From an uncultured Gemmatimonadales bacterium (GTDB lineage: Bacteria; Gemmatimonadota; Gemmatimonadetes; Gemmatimonadales; GWC2-71-9): a DNA stretch of 64,000 nucleotides. Positions 19,779-28,046 of the stretch are shown here, piece after piece (positions within the stretch are counted from its first letter, which is position 1; each line of letters starts with the position of its first letter). The notes under the pieces were generated by a model, which searched no databases, was not told the origin of the DNA, and saw only the letters and a list, made by a program, of their open reading frames with translations. Location of the stretch: the NCBI GenBank assembly GCA_963762545.1, contig CAVXLC010000002.1, forward strand, positions 1,275,629 to 1,339,628, read 5' to 3'. The translations under genes and the position numbers were made by a program.

Positions 19779-20192
19779 TTATCGGGGGTTGGCCGGGGGC
19801 GCCTGAACGCCGTTCACCACCATCACGGTGATTTCCCTGCTGCTGAGGTTCTTGGCCACATCGAGGGCCTCGACCCGGATCACGTGATTGCTATTGTTGG
19901 TGACCGACTGGGAATTCCAGATGGTGTGAAAGGGCGGCGTGAACATTTCCACCAGCAGCACGCCGTCGATCAGGACCCGGACCTTGTCGACCCCGAAGTC
20001 GTCGGTGGCGGTGATATCGATGGGCACCTGGCCGGCCACGGTGGCGTTGGCGGCCGGCGCATCGATACTGATCTGCGGGGACGACCCGTCGGAGCCTGGG
20101 CCGCTACCCAGACTGCAGGCGCCGAGGGTCAGGCCAAGGGCCGCGAGCGAGAGGGAGCGGATCGAGAGCATGCGTCGTTTCCTTTCCTGCAT
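19779..20192 (-). CDS. Lipoprotein with an Ig-like (bacterial Ig/cadherin-type) domain
   Basis: ORF 19779..20423 trimmed to the ATG at 20192, 1 nt after the pgeF stop. It has signal plus lipobox MQERKRRMLSIRSLSLAALGLTLGAC, then ISIDAPAANATVAGQVPIDITATDDFGVDKVRVLIDGVLL, typical of Ig-like repeats. An alternative start is at 20171. Confidence 0.6.
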   Translation of the reverse strand: MQERKRRMLSIRSLSLAALGLTLGACSLGSGPGSDGSSPQISIDAPAANATVAGQVPIDITATDDFGVDKVRVLIDGVLLVEMFTPPFHTIWNSQSVTNNSNHVIRVEALDVAKNLSSREITVMVVNGVQAPPANPR

Positions 20193-20193
20193 T

Positions 20194-20937
20194 TTAGGCC
20201 ATGATCCCGAGGTACGCCACCATCCGGCCGTCGGCGCCGTGGGAGGCGCGGTGGCTGAAGAAGAGGCCGGAGTCGTGCGCAGAACAGAATTGTGATGTGG
20301 AAACAGTTTCCACACCGGCTGCCCGGGCCTCGGCCGCCAACAGCTCCCGGAGGTCGAGCCCGCCTCGTCCACCCGCAGGCGCCGCCGCACCACAGCCGGC
20401 AAACACCTCAGGTCCCACTTCATAGCACCGGCCGCAAATGCCGACGCCGCAATGCACCACGAGGTCCTCGACCCGACTCCCCCGCCCGGTCAGCTCGGCC
20501 AGGCCCCGGGTCAGGATCTTCCCGGCGGTGCCCCGCCAGCCCGCGTGCAGCAGCGCCACCGTGCGGCGGACCGGATCGGCGACGTAGACGGGGACGCAAT
20601 CGGCGGCGGAGACGGCCAGATAGGCGCCCGGGGTGGCGGTGGCGTGACCGTCGAACCCCTGCAGGATCGTGAGCCCGCGCAGCGAGTCGTGCCATGCCAC
20701 GCGGGTCCCGTGCACCTGGCGGGAGACGACCAGACCCCGGCAGCCGGGCACAGCGGCCTCGAGGTCGTGCCAGCGCTGGAGGACCTGCCCGACCGGCGCC
20801 GTCGTGCCGGCCAGGCCGAGGTCGAAAGGAGGCACCGCGGCCCCGCGTCCGGTGATGCCGGCCACGAGATCGTACCGCTCCCGCCATTCGGCCAGCTCGA
20901 ACCGGGGCACCGGCCCGGGCACCGGGCGCTCGGTCAC
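20194..20937 (-). CDS. pgeF: Peptidoglycan editing factor PgeF / YfiH (laccase-domain, Cu_oxidase_4) protein
   Basis: C-terminal 247 codons of ORF 20194..22755. GTG at 20937 overlaps the murA stop (GTGA). Sequence: QVHG..V.......G.......DG..T...G..L.V..ADC.PV...DP....V...HAGWRGT..KI........L...G......VH.GVGI....YEVG.EV.. Confidence 0.85.
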   Translation of the reverse strand: MTERPVPGPVPRFELAEWRERYDLVAGITGRGAAVPPFDLGLAGTTAPVGQVLQRWHDLEAAVPGCRGLVVSRQVHGTRVAWHDSLRGLTILQGFDGHATATPGAYLAVSAADCVPVYVADPVRRTVALLHAGWRGTAGKILTRGLAELTGRGSRVEDLVVHCGVGICGRCYEVGPEVFAGCGAAAPAGGRGGLDLRELLAAEARAAGVETVSTSQFCSAHDSGLFFSHRASHGADGRMVAYLGIMA

Positions 20938-22217
20938 CCCTCGGCTCGCTCGATCCCCGCGCCCAGGGCGATGAGCCGGGCGTCGATGTTCTCGTAGCCC
21001 CGCTCGATCTGGCCGATGTTGTGAATCACGCTGCGGCCCTCGGCGGCGAGCGCCGCGAGGAGCATGGCCATCCCGGCCCGGATGTCGGGGGACTCCACGG
21101 TGCCGCCGTGGAGCGGGGAGGGTCCGGCGATCACGGCGCGGTGGGGGTCGCACAGGACGATCCGGGCGCCCATGCCGATCAGCTTGTCCACGAAAAACAT
21201 CCGGGACTCGAACATCTTCTCGAACACCAGCAGGAGCCCGGCGCACTGGGTCGCGGTGACGATCGCGATCGACATGACGTCGGCGGGAAACGCCGGCCAG
21301 GGCCCGTCCTCGAGCTTGGGGATATGGCCGCCCAGGTCGGGCCGGACCCGCCGCTCCTGGTCCTTGTCCACGACCAGGCTGTTCCCCACCACCCGGGGGC
21401 GGATGCCCAGGCGATCGAACCCGAACAGGATGCTGCGGAGCTCCTCGGGGCGGACCGGATCGATGGCGATCGCGCCATTGGTCACCGCGGCCAGGCCGAT
21501 GAAGCTCGCGATCTCGATGTGATCGGGGCCGATCTCGAACTGGCAGCCGTGCAGCCGCCGGCCTCCCTCGATCACGTACTGGTTGGAGCCGATGCCCTGA
21601 ATGCTGGCGCCCATCGCCACCAGGCAGTTGGCCAGGTCCTGCACGTGCGGCTCGGCGGCGGCGTTGCGCAGGACGGTGCGGCCCCGGGCGGCCACCGCCG
21701 CCATGAGCGCGTTCTCGGTGCCGGTGACGCTGGGCTCGTCGAGGAAGATGTCCGCGCCGACCAGGTGCTTGGCCTCGATCTCGTAGCGATCGCCCACCAG
21801 CACCGCCGCGCCCAGCGCTTCCAGCGCGAGGAAGTGGGTGTCCACCCGCCGCCGGCCGATGACGTCCCCTCCGGGCGGAGGGAGCACCACCTTGCCGAAG
21901 CGGGCCAGGAGCGGGGCGGCAAAGAGAATGGAGGCGCGGATCCGGGCGCACAGCGCGGGATCGAGCGGCTTGCTGGTGGCGCCGGCGGCGTCGACCCTCA
22001 GGGTATTGGGGCCGGTCCAGCTCACCGCGGCACCGAGATCGGCCAGCAGCGCCGCCATCGACTCGACGTCGCGAATGCGGGGGACGTTGCTGAGAACCAC
22101 CGGCCCGTCCGCCAGCAGGGTGGCGGCGAGGATCGGCAGCGCGGCGTTCTTGTTGCCGGCGGGGCGAATCGTGCCGCTCAGGGGGCGGCCGCCGTGCACC
22201 TGGAACCGGGGAGGCAT
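20934..22217 (-). CDS. murA: UDP-N-acetylglucosamine 1-carboxyvinyltransferase
   Basis: ORF 20934..22583 trimmed to the ATG at 22217, giving 427 aa. Sequence: F.V.GG..LSG.I...G.KNAALPILAA.LLA.GPVVL.NVP.I.DV..M..LL..LGA.V; PGG..IG.R.VD.H...LEALGA; VTGTENALMAA..A.G.T.L.NAA.EP.V.DLA..L..MGA.I.G.G. Confidence 0.95.
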   Translation of the reverse strand: MPPRFQVHGGRPLSGTIRPAGNKNAALPILAATLLADGPVVLSNVPRIRDVESMAALLADLGAAVSWTGPNTLRVDAAGATSKPLDPALCARIRASILFAAPLLARFGKVVLPPPGGDVIGRRRVDTHFLALEALGAAVLVGDRYEIEAKHLVGADIFLDEPSVTGTENALMAAVAARGRTVLRNAAAEPHVQDLANCLVAMGASIQGIGSNQYVIEGGRRLHGCQFEIGPDHIEIASFIGLAAVTNGAIAIDPVRPEELRSILFGFDRLGIRPRVVGNSLVVDKDQERRVRPDLGGHIPKLEDGPWPAFPADVMSIAIVTATQCAGLLLVFEKMFESRMFFVDKLIGMGARIVLCDPHRAVIAGPSPLHGGTVESPDIRAGMAMLLAALAAEGRSVIHNIGQIERGYENIDARLIALGAGIERAEG

Positions 22218-22287
22218 GGCGCAAACCTCGCCGGGTGCCGCTGCGCCCGTCAAGCGGAACGGATATCTTTGAGTGATGGGAGGCACT

Positions 22288-22731
22288 ATGCCTGGATGGG
22301 TGGGACCCACATCGGCCATCGCGCTGGTGGTCATCGCGCTGTCGTTCGCGGCCATCGCCACGGCCGCGGTGATGATCGCCCGCAAGGCCTCGACCGAGAT
22401 CGGCGAGCTCTCCGAGGAGCTGGCCAAGCTGCGGGGGGAGATCTCCCCCGCCCTGGGGGCGCTCCGGCGGGTGGCCGATGCCGGCGCCGATCTGTCGGGC
22501 GATATCCGCGAGGAAGTGAACCAGTATCTGGTGGTGAGCCGGGACGTCCGGAAGGACCTGGAGCGCGGCGTGCGCCGGGTCAAGCGGAAGCTCTCCGACC
22601 TGGACGCGCTCTACGAAGTGGTGCACGAGGAGGTGGAGGACACCGCTCTCGACGTGGCCGCCGGGCTGCGCACGGTCCGGAACGGCGCGGGCATGGTGGG
22701 CCGCATTCGCCGCTGGCTGGTGCGCCGTTGA
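22288..22731 (+). CDS. DUF948-like membrane-anchored coiled-coil protein (hypothetical)
   Basis: ORF 22273..22731. I prefer the ATG at 22288 because GGGAGG at 22278-22283 sits 4 nt upstream. It has one N-terminal TM helix (AIALVVIALSFAAIATAAVMI) followed by a charged helical region. Confidence 0.55.
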   Translation: MPGWVGPTSAIALVVIALSFAAIATAAVMIARKASTEIGELSEELAKLRGEISPALGALRRVADAGADLSGDIREEVNQYLVVSRDVRKDLERGVRRVKRKLSDLDALYEVVHEEVEDTALDVAAGLRTVRNGAGMVGRIRRWLVRR

Positions 22732-23720
22732 CGGGAAGCCGTCTGGCCGCCGCACTCGTCCTGGTTGGCCTCTGGATCCTGATCCACCCCGCGCTGGCGC
22801 ACGCCTGGACCCCGGGCACCCACATCTATCTGGGCGAGACGATCCTCGCCAACCTGCGCCTGCTGCCGCCCCATACGGCGACCCTGCTCCAGGCCTTCCC
22901 CTTCGATTTTCTCTACGGCACCATCGCCCCCGACACCTCCATCGCCAAGAAGTACGTTCCGGCGGGGCGGCATTCGCATTTCTGGAACGTGGGCCAGGAG
23001 ACCCTGGACCGGGCTCCCAACGACGCGCTGCGCGCCTTCGGGCTGGGCTACCTGTCGCACCTGGCCGCCGACACCATCGCCCACAATTACTTCGTGCCGC
23101 GCCAGCTGGTGCTCACGACCAGCACCCGCTCGATGGGCCATACCTACTGGGAAACCCGGATCGACACCCATCTGACCGGGCGCTACGCCCGGCGGGCCCG
23201 GGAGATCATCCTGCTGGATCAGTCGGCGGCGGACCGGCACCTCGAGCGGATCATCTCGCCCACGATCTTCAGCGTGAAGACCAACCGCCGGTTGTTCCGG
23301 GGCATGGTGCACCTGGCCCATACCAAGAGCTGGCATCGCGCCATGCAGGCGGCGCGGGACGCCAGCCGCTGGCTGCTGACCGACCTGGATGTGGAGCAGC
23401 ACCTCGGGGTGGCGTACGACGTGACGGTGGAAATGCTGGCGGCGGCGGAAGACGGGAGCCTGGAGCATCTCACGGCCCGGGGGCTCGACCCCAACGGGAT
23501 GCACGCGCTCAAGGCGGCCAAGCGGCTGCGCAAGCGGGCGCTGGACGCCGGCACCCTGGGCTCGCCCGCGCGGTTGCTGGAGCTGGCGGAGGAGAACTTC
23601 GGGGTGCGCTCGCGCAGCCTGGGGTACTGGGCCCGCTCCGAGGTGGAGCGGCCCTGGCTGGACCCGTCTCCCGAGCCGAAGGAAAAGCGGCGCCCCCTGA
23701 TCGGCTCACCGAACGAGTAG
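22728..23720 (+). CDS. Secreted zinc-dependent phospholipase C-like (Zn_dep_PLPC fold) protein (putative)
   Basis: TTG at 22728 overlaps the upstream TGA (TTGA). Signal peptide is TGSRLAAALVLVGLWILIHPALAHA, and the mature N-terminus WTPGTHIYLG has the Trp1/His metal-ligand pattern of PLC/P1-nuclease-like proteins. Further motifs are YGTIAPD and GYLSHLAADTIAHNYF. Confidence 0.55.
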   Translation: MTGSRLAAALVLVGLWILIHPALAHAWTPGTHIYLGETILANLRLLPPHTATLLQAFPFDFLYGTIAPDTSIAKKYVPAGRHSHFWNVGQETLDRAPNDALRAFGLGYLSHLAADTIAHNYFVPRQLVLTTSTRSMGHTYWETRIDTHLTGRYARRAREIILLDQSAADRHLERIISPTIFSVKTNRRLFRGMVHLAHTKSWHRAMQAARDASRWLLTDLDVEQHLGVAYDVTVEMLAAAEDGSLEHLTARGLDPNGMHALKAAKRLRKRALDAGTLGSPARLLELAEENFGVRSRSLGYWARSEVERPWLDPSPEPKEKRRPLIGSPNE

Positions 23721-24950
23721 GCCGCGCACCCCGCCGATCAACCGGTCCACTTCGCTCTCCGTGGTATAGCAGGCGCATCCCGCCCGAACCAATCCGGTCT
23801 CCAGCACGCCGAGCCGTTCCAGGATCGTCGGCGCGTAGAAGTCGCCGTGGCTCACGAACACGCCCCGCTCCGCCAGCCGCCGCGACACCGTTTCCGCGTC
23901 CATGCCCGCGACCGTGAAGGACAGGGTCGCGGTCCGCCGCGCATCGGGGGGCGGGCCGTAGAGCCGGATGCGCCGCTCGGCCGACAGCGCCTCCCACAGC
24001 ATCGCGAAGAGCCGGGCCCCGCGATCGTGCAGCTCGGAGAACGCCGACGCGAGCCGCGAGCGCCGGGTGACCCCGGTGCCCAGTCCGGCCATGAAGTCCA
24101 CCGCCGCGCCCGCGCCCACGATGCCCTCGTGGTTCTGGGTGCCGGTCTCCAGCCGCTCGGGCGCGTGGTCGGGGGCCGGGAGCAGCCGGGGCAGGTCGAG
24201 GGCCTCGATCCGCGCCTTGCGTCCGTAGAGGACCCCCACGTGGGGACCGTAGAACTTGTACGCCGAGCACCCCAGGAAGTCGCACCCGATGGCCTGCACG
24301 TCCAGCAGCACGTGGGGCGCGGCGTGCACCGCGTCCACGAACGAGAGCACCCCGGCCTGCCGCGCCATGGAACAGGCGGCGCTCACATCGGTGATGGTGC
24401 CGAGGACGTTGGATGCCGCGCCGATGGCGAGGAGCCTGGTTCGGGGCCCGAGCAGCTTGGGGAGCACGCCCAGGTCGAGGGTCCCGTCCTCCACCCGGAG
24501 CGGAATGGTGCGGAGCACGATGCCCCGCTCCCGCGCCAGCGCCTGCCACGGGGCCACGTTGCCGTGATGGTCCAGCTCGGTGACGATGACTTCGTCTCCC
24601 GCCGACCATTCGCGCCCCAGCGCGCGGGCCAGGTGGAAGGTCAGCGTCGTCATGTTGAGTCCGAAGGCGATCTCGTCGGCGGTCGCGTTCAGGAAATCGG
24701 ACAGCGCCGACCGCGCCGCGGCCAGCATCGCGTCGGTCTCGATGCTGGTCGGATAGGCCCAGTGGGTGTTGGCATTGTGATGAAAGAGGTAGTCCGTCAT
24801 GGCGTCCACCACCGCCGTCGGGACCTGGGTGCCTCCCGGCCCGTCGAAATAGGCCACCGATTGCCCTCGATGGCTCCGCTCCAGCGCGGGAAACCTCTGC
24901 CGGATCGCGTCGACGCCGGCCACCGCGCCCACCGCGCCCGTGACGGTCAT
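23706..24950 (-). CDS. Class V aminotransferase / cysteine desulfurase-family protein
   Basis: 414 aa: YFDGPGGTQVP..V.DAM..YL...NAN.H......S..TD........A..DFLNA...EI.FG.NMTTLTF; ASNVLGT..D......A...GVL.FVDAVH.APH...DV.A.GCDF...SAYKFYGPH.G.LYG. It has an ATGA overlap with the gatB stop. Confidence 0.85.
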   Translation of the reverse strand: MTVTGAVGAVAGVDAIRQRFPALERSHRGQSVAYFDGPGGTQVPTAVVDAMTDYLFHHNANTHWAYPTSIETDAMLAAARSALSDFLNATADEIAFGLNMTTLTFHLARALGREWSAGDEVIVTELDHHGNVAPWQALARERGIVLRTIPLRVEDGTLDLGVLPKLLGPRTRLLAIGAASNVLGTITDVSAACSMARQAGVLSFVDAVHAAPHVLLDVQAIGCDFLGCSAYKFYGPHVGVLYGRKARIEALDLPRLLPAPDHAPERLETGTQNHEGIVGAGAAVDFMAGLGTGVTRRSRLASAFSELHDRGARLFAMLWEALSAERRIRLYGPPPDARRTATLSFTVAGMDAETVSRRLAERGVFVSHGDFYAPTILERLGVLETGLVRAGCACYTTESEVDRLIGGVRGLLVR

Positions 24951-26371
24951 GGTCCACCCAGCTTTCGCGCCAGCACCGGCTGGACCCCTTTCGGGTCCGC
25001 GGTGCCCCGGCTCCGCTTCATGACTTGCCCGGTCAGGAATGTCATCAGCCTGGTCTCCCCGGCGCGATAGCGCGCCACCTCCGAGGGATGCGCGGCGAGC
25101 ACCTCGTCCACCCAGCGGGACAGGGCGGATTCGTCGCGCACCTGCACCAGCCCCAGCCGCTCGGCGACCGCGCCCGCGTCGCGGCCCGAGGCGGCCATCT
25201 CGACGTACACCCGCTTCGCGGCCAGATGGCTCACGGTGCCGTCCCGCACCAGCGCGATGAGGCCGGCCAGCCGGTCCGGCGCGACGGCAAAGGCGCCGGT
25301 CTCGTGGTAGCCGGCCATCCCCTCACCCATGACCCAGTTGGCCGCCGTCTTGGGTTCGACGCCCGCCCGGGTCACCGCTTCGAAGTAGTCGGCGATGACC
25401 CGCTCGCCGGTGAGCACACCCGCATCATGGGCGGAGAGCCCCAGCGCCGTCGCGAACCGGTGCCGCCGGGCCGCGGGCAGCTCGGGGAGCTCCGCCTGCA
25501 CCGACGCGATCCATTCCGGTGAAAGGACCAGCGGCGGAAGGTCGGGATCGGGAAAATACCGGTAGTCGCGACTCTCCTCCTTCGAGCGCATCGGCCGGAC
25601 CTGGCCGGAGGCCGCGCTGAAGGCAAGCGAGACCTGCGCCACCCTGCCGCCCGCGTCGAGGATAGTACGCTGCCGAGTCCGCTCGGCCTCGAGGGCCCGC
25701 ACCACGTTGGCGAAGCTGTTGAGGTTCTTGATCTCGGCCTTGGTGCCCAGCGCCCGCTGACCGGCGGGGCGCACCGAGACATTGGCGTCCACCCGGAGGC
25801 TTCCCTTCTCCATGCTGCATTCGCTCACCCCGGCGTAGACCAGCAGCTGCCGCAAGGTGGTAAGGTAGGCGCGCGCCTCGGCGGGCGAGCGCAAATCGGG
25901 CCCGCCCACGATCTCCGCCAGCGGGACCCCGGCCCGGTTCAGGTCCACCGCGGTCTTGCCGGGGATCCGGTCGTGAAGCGACTTGCCGGCGTCCTCCTCG
26001 AGGTGGAGCCGCTCGATGGTCACCTCGATCGGGCCGCGTTCGGGCGATTCGATGGCGAGGCGTCCATTCGTGGCGAGCGGCCGGTCGAACTGCGAGATCT
26101 GATACCCCTTGGGCAGGTCGGGATAGAAGTAGTTCTTCCGGGCAAAGACGCTCCGCTCCTGCACGGTGCAGCCCAGCGCCAGCGCGGCGCGGGCCGCCAG
26201 GCGCACGGCTTCCGCATTGGGCACCGGCAGCGCTCCGGGCAGGCCCAGACAGAGGGGGCATACGTTGGTGTTCGGCGCGTCGCCGAAGGCGGTGGAGCAA
26301 CCGCAGAACATCTTCGAGCGGGTGCCCAGCTGGACGTGGACCTCCAGCCCGATCACGGTTTCCCAGCTCAC
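24947..26371 (-). CDS. gatB: Asp/Glu-tRNA(Asn/Gln) amidotransferase subunit B
   Basis: ORF 24947..26989 trimmed to the GTG at 26371 (GTGA overlap with the gatA stop). Sequence: WETVIGLEVHVQL.T.SKMFCGC...FG..PNTNVCP.CLGLPGALPV.N..AV......AL.L.C......S.FARKNYFYPDLPKGYQISQ. Confidence 0.95.
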   Translation of the reverse strand: MSWETVIGLEVHVQLGTRSKMFCGCSTAFGDAPNTNVCPLCLGLPGALPVPNAEAVRLAARAALALGCTVQERSVFARKNYFYPDLPKGYQISQFDRPLATNGRLAIESPERGPIEVTIERLHLEEDAGKSLHDRIPGKTAVDLNRAGVPLAEIVGGPDLRSPAEARAYLTTLRQLLVYAGVSECSMEKGSLRVDANVSVRPAGQRALGTKAEIKNLNSFANVVRALEAERTRQRTILDAGGRVAQVSLAFSAASGQVRPMRSKEESRDYRYFPDPDLPPLVLSPEWIASVQAELPELPAARRHRFATALGLSAHDAGVLTGERVIADYFEAVTRAGVEPKTAANWVMGEGMAGYHETGAFAVAPDRLAGLIALVRDGTVSHLAAKRVYVEMAASGRDAGAVAERLGLVQVRDESALSRWVDEVLAAHPSEVARYRAGETRLMTFLTGQVMKRSRGTADPKGVQPVLARKLGGP

Positions 26372-27750
26372 GCGGCCACCTCGCCGGCGGCATCGAGGTG
26401 CCGCTCCAGCGTGGCGGCATACGCCAGCATGCCGGACTCCTCGAAATGCGGCGCCATGAGCTGGCCGCCCAGGGGCAGTCCTTCGAACCGGCCGATCGGG
26501 ATGCTCACCGCCGGCAATCCGGCCAGGTTGGCCGAGCAGACGAAGATGTCCGCGAGGTACATCGCGACCGGATCGGCGGTCTTCTCGCCGGCCCGGAACG
26601 CCGGAGTCGGGGTGGTCGGGGTGAAGAGGAGATCCACGCCGGACCCAAACACGGTGGCGAAGTCGCCGGCGATCCGGGCCCGCACCGCCTGGGCCCGGTT
26701 GTAGTACGCGTCGTGGTAACCCGCGCTGAGCACGTAGGTGCCGGTCAGGATCCGGCGGCGGACCTCGGGTCCGAAGCCCCGGCCGCGGGTGGCGCGGTAC
26801 AGGGCCCGGACATCTCCCTCCGCGGCGACCCGCGCGCCGTAGCGGGCGCCGTCGAAGCGGGCCAGGTTCGCCGCGGCTTCCGCCGGCGCGATGATGTAGT
26901 AGGTCGGCACCGCATAGCGGGCGTGGGGGAGCGACACCTCCACGACGCGGGCGCCGAGCGCCCTCATGCGCGCGATGGCCGCGGCGCATCCCGCCTTCAC
27001 GCCGGGGTGGAGGTCGGCGGGGAAATACTCCCGGGGCAGGCCCACGGTCTTTCCCTCGAACGAGACGGGCGCCGCGAGGGGACCGAGCGGAGGGCGGTCC
27101 GCGGTGGTCGGGTCCAGCGGATCCAGGCCCGCGATGGCGGCCAGCACCCGTTCCGCGTCGGCCACGGTGCGGCCCAACACCGACACGCAGTCCAGCGAGG
27201 AGCCGAACGCCACCAGCCCGTGGCGGCTCACCCGTCCGTAGGTCGGCTTGACGCCGACCACGCCGCAGAAGCTGGCCGGCTGCCGCACCGAGCCTCCCGT
27301 TTCCGAGCCCAGCGCGGCGGGCACCACCCCCGCCGCCACCAGCGCGGCCGAGCCGCCCGACGAGCCGCCCGGCACCCGGGCCGGATCCAGCGGGTGGCGC
27401 ACCCGTCCGTAGGCCGAGTGCTCGGTGGAGGAGCCCATCGCGAACTCGTCCAGGTTGGTCTTGCAGGCCACCAGCGCCCCGGCGGTCCGGAGCCGGTCGA
27501 TGACGGTGGCATTGAAGGGGGAGACGTAACCCGCGAGGATCCGCGACGCGCAGGTGGTGGGCTGGTCCGTGGTGACGATGTTGTCCTTGACGGCGACCGG
27601 GATGCCGTGCAGCGGCCCCCGCGCGGCCATCGCGTCGACCCGGTCCGCTTCCGCGTCGAGGGCCGCTGGCGACCAGGCCAGGGTGGCGTTGAGGTCGCGG
27701 GCGGCGGTCAGCCGCTCGCCGACATCGTGCGCCACCGCGCGCAGGCTCAT
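26368..27750 (-). CDS. gatA: Glutamyl-tRNA(Gln) amidotransferase subunit A
   Basis: 460 aa with the amidase signature: GIPVAVKDNI.T......TCAS.IL.GY.SPF.ATV...L..AGA....KTNLDEFAMGSSTE.SAYG...NP.D..RVPGGSSGGSAA.VAAG. Confidence 0.95.
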   Translation of the reverse strand: MSLRAVAHDVGERLTAARDLNATLAWSPAALDAEADRVDAMAARGPLHGIPVAVKDNIVTTDQPTTCASRILAGYVSPFNATVIDRLRTAGALVACKTNLDEFAMGSSTEHSAYGRVRHPLDPARVPGGSSGGSAALVAAGVVPAALGSETGGSVRQPASFCGVVGVKPTYGRVSRHGLVAFGSSLDCVSVLGRTVADAERVLAAIAGLDPLDPTTADRPPLGPLAAPVSFEGKTVGLPREYFPADLHPGVKAGCAAAIARMRALGARVVEVSLPHARYAVPTYYIIAPAEAAANLARFDGARYGARVAAEGDVRALYRATRGRGFGPEVRRRILTGTYVLSAGYHDAYYNRAQAVRARIAGDFATVFGSGVDLLFTPTTPTPAFRAGEKTADPVAMYLADIFVCSANLAGLPAVSIPIGRFEGLPLGGQLMAPHFEESGMLAYAATLERHLDAAGEVAA

Positions 27751-28046
27751 GGCTCGTCCAGGACTCCCAGCTTCGGCACCACGAAGAACCCGTCGATGAA
27801 TTCCGGCGCGAACGCGGCCGGCGGCCGGGCCAGCGGCACCGGATTCACGACGTCGGCACGGAGCGGCGTGTGGTCCGGCCCGGGCTGAAATGTCAGGTCC
27901 GCGGCCGTGGGGCCGGCGTCCGCGAGCTGGGCCACGAAGCCCACGATCCGGTCCAGCTGCGCGGTGAGGGCCGGCAGATCGGCGTCGTCCACGGCCAGCT
28001 CGGCCAGCCGGGCCACGTGCCTCACGTCCTCGACCGAAACGCTCAT
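27747..28046 (-). CDS. gatC: Glutamyl-tRNA(Gln) amidotransferase subunit C
   Basis: C-terminal 99 codons of ORF 27747..28736: MSVSVEDVRHVARLAELAVDDADLPALTAQLDRIVGFVAQL. It has ATGA overlaps on both sides. Confidence 0.9.
   Translation of the reverse strand: MSVSVEDVRHVARLAELAVDDADLPALTAQLDRIVGFVAQLADAGPTAADLTFQPGPDHTPLRADVVNPVPLARPPAAFAPEFIDGFFVVPKLGVLDEP

Noticed and set aside
19464-19806. Small ORFs (66-74 aa) upstream of nusA as a possible rimP
   Set aside because: RimP is about 150 aa with a recognisable fold pattern. These ORFs are short, overlap one another on both strands, are Pro/Gly/Arg-rich, and span the terminator hairpin.
20194-22755. 853-aa minus-strand ORF as a single large protein
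   Set aside because: Only the last 247 codons (PgeF/YfiH) look protein-like. Upstream, the frame runs out of phase through murA, whose own frame (20934..22217) gives a canonical MurA. A GTGA stop/start junction at 20934-20937 explains the layout.
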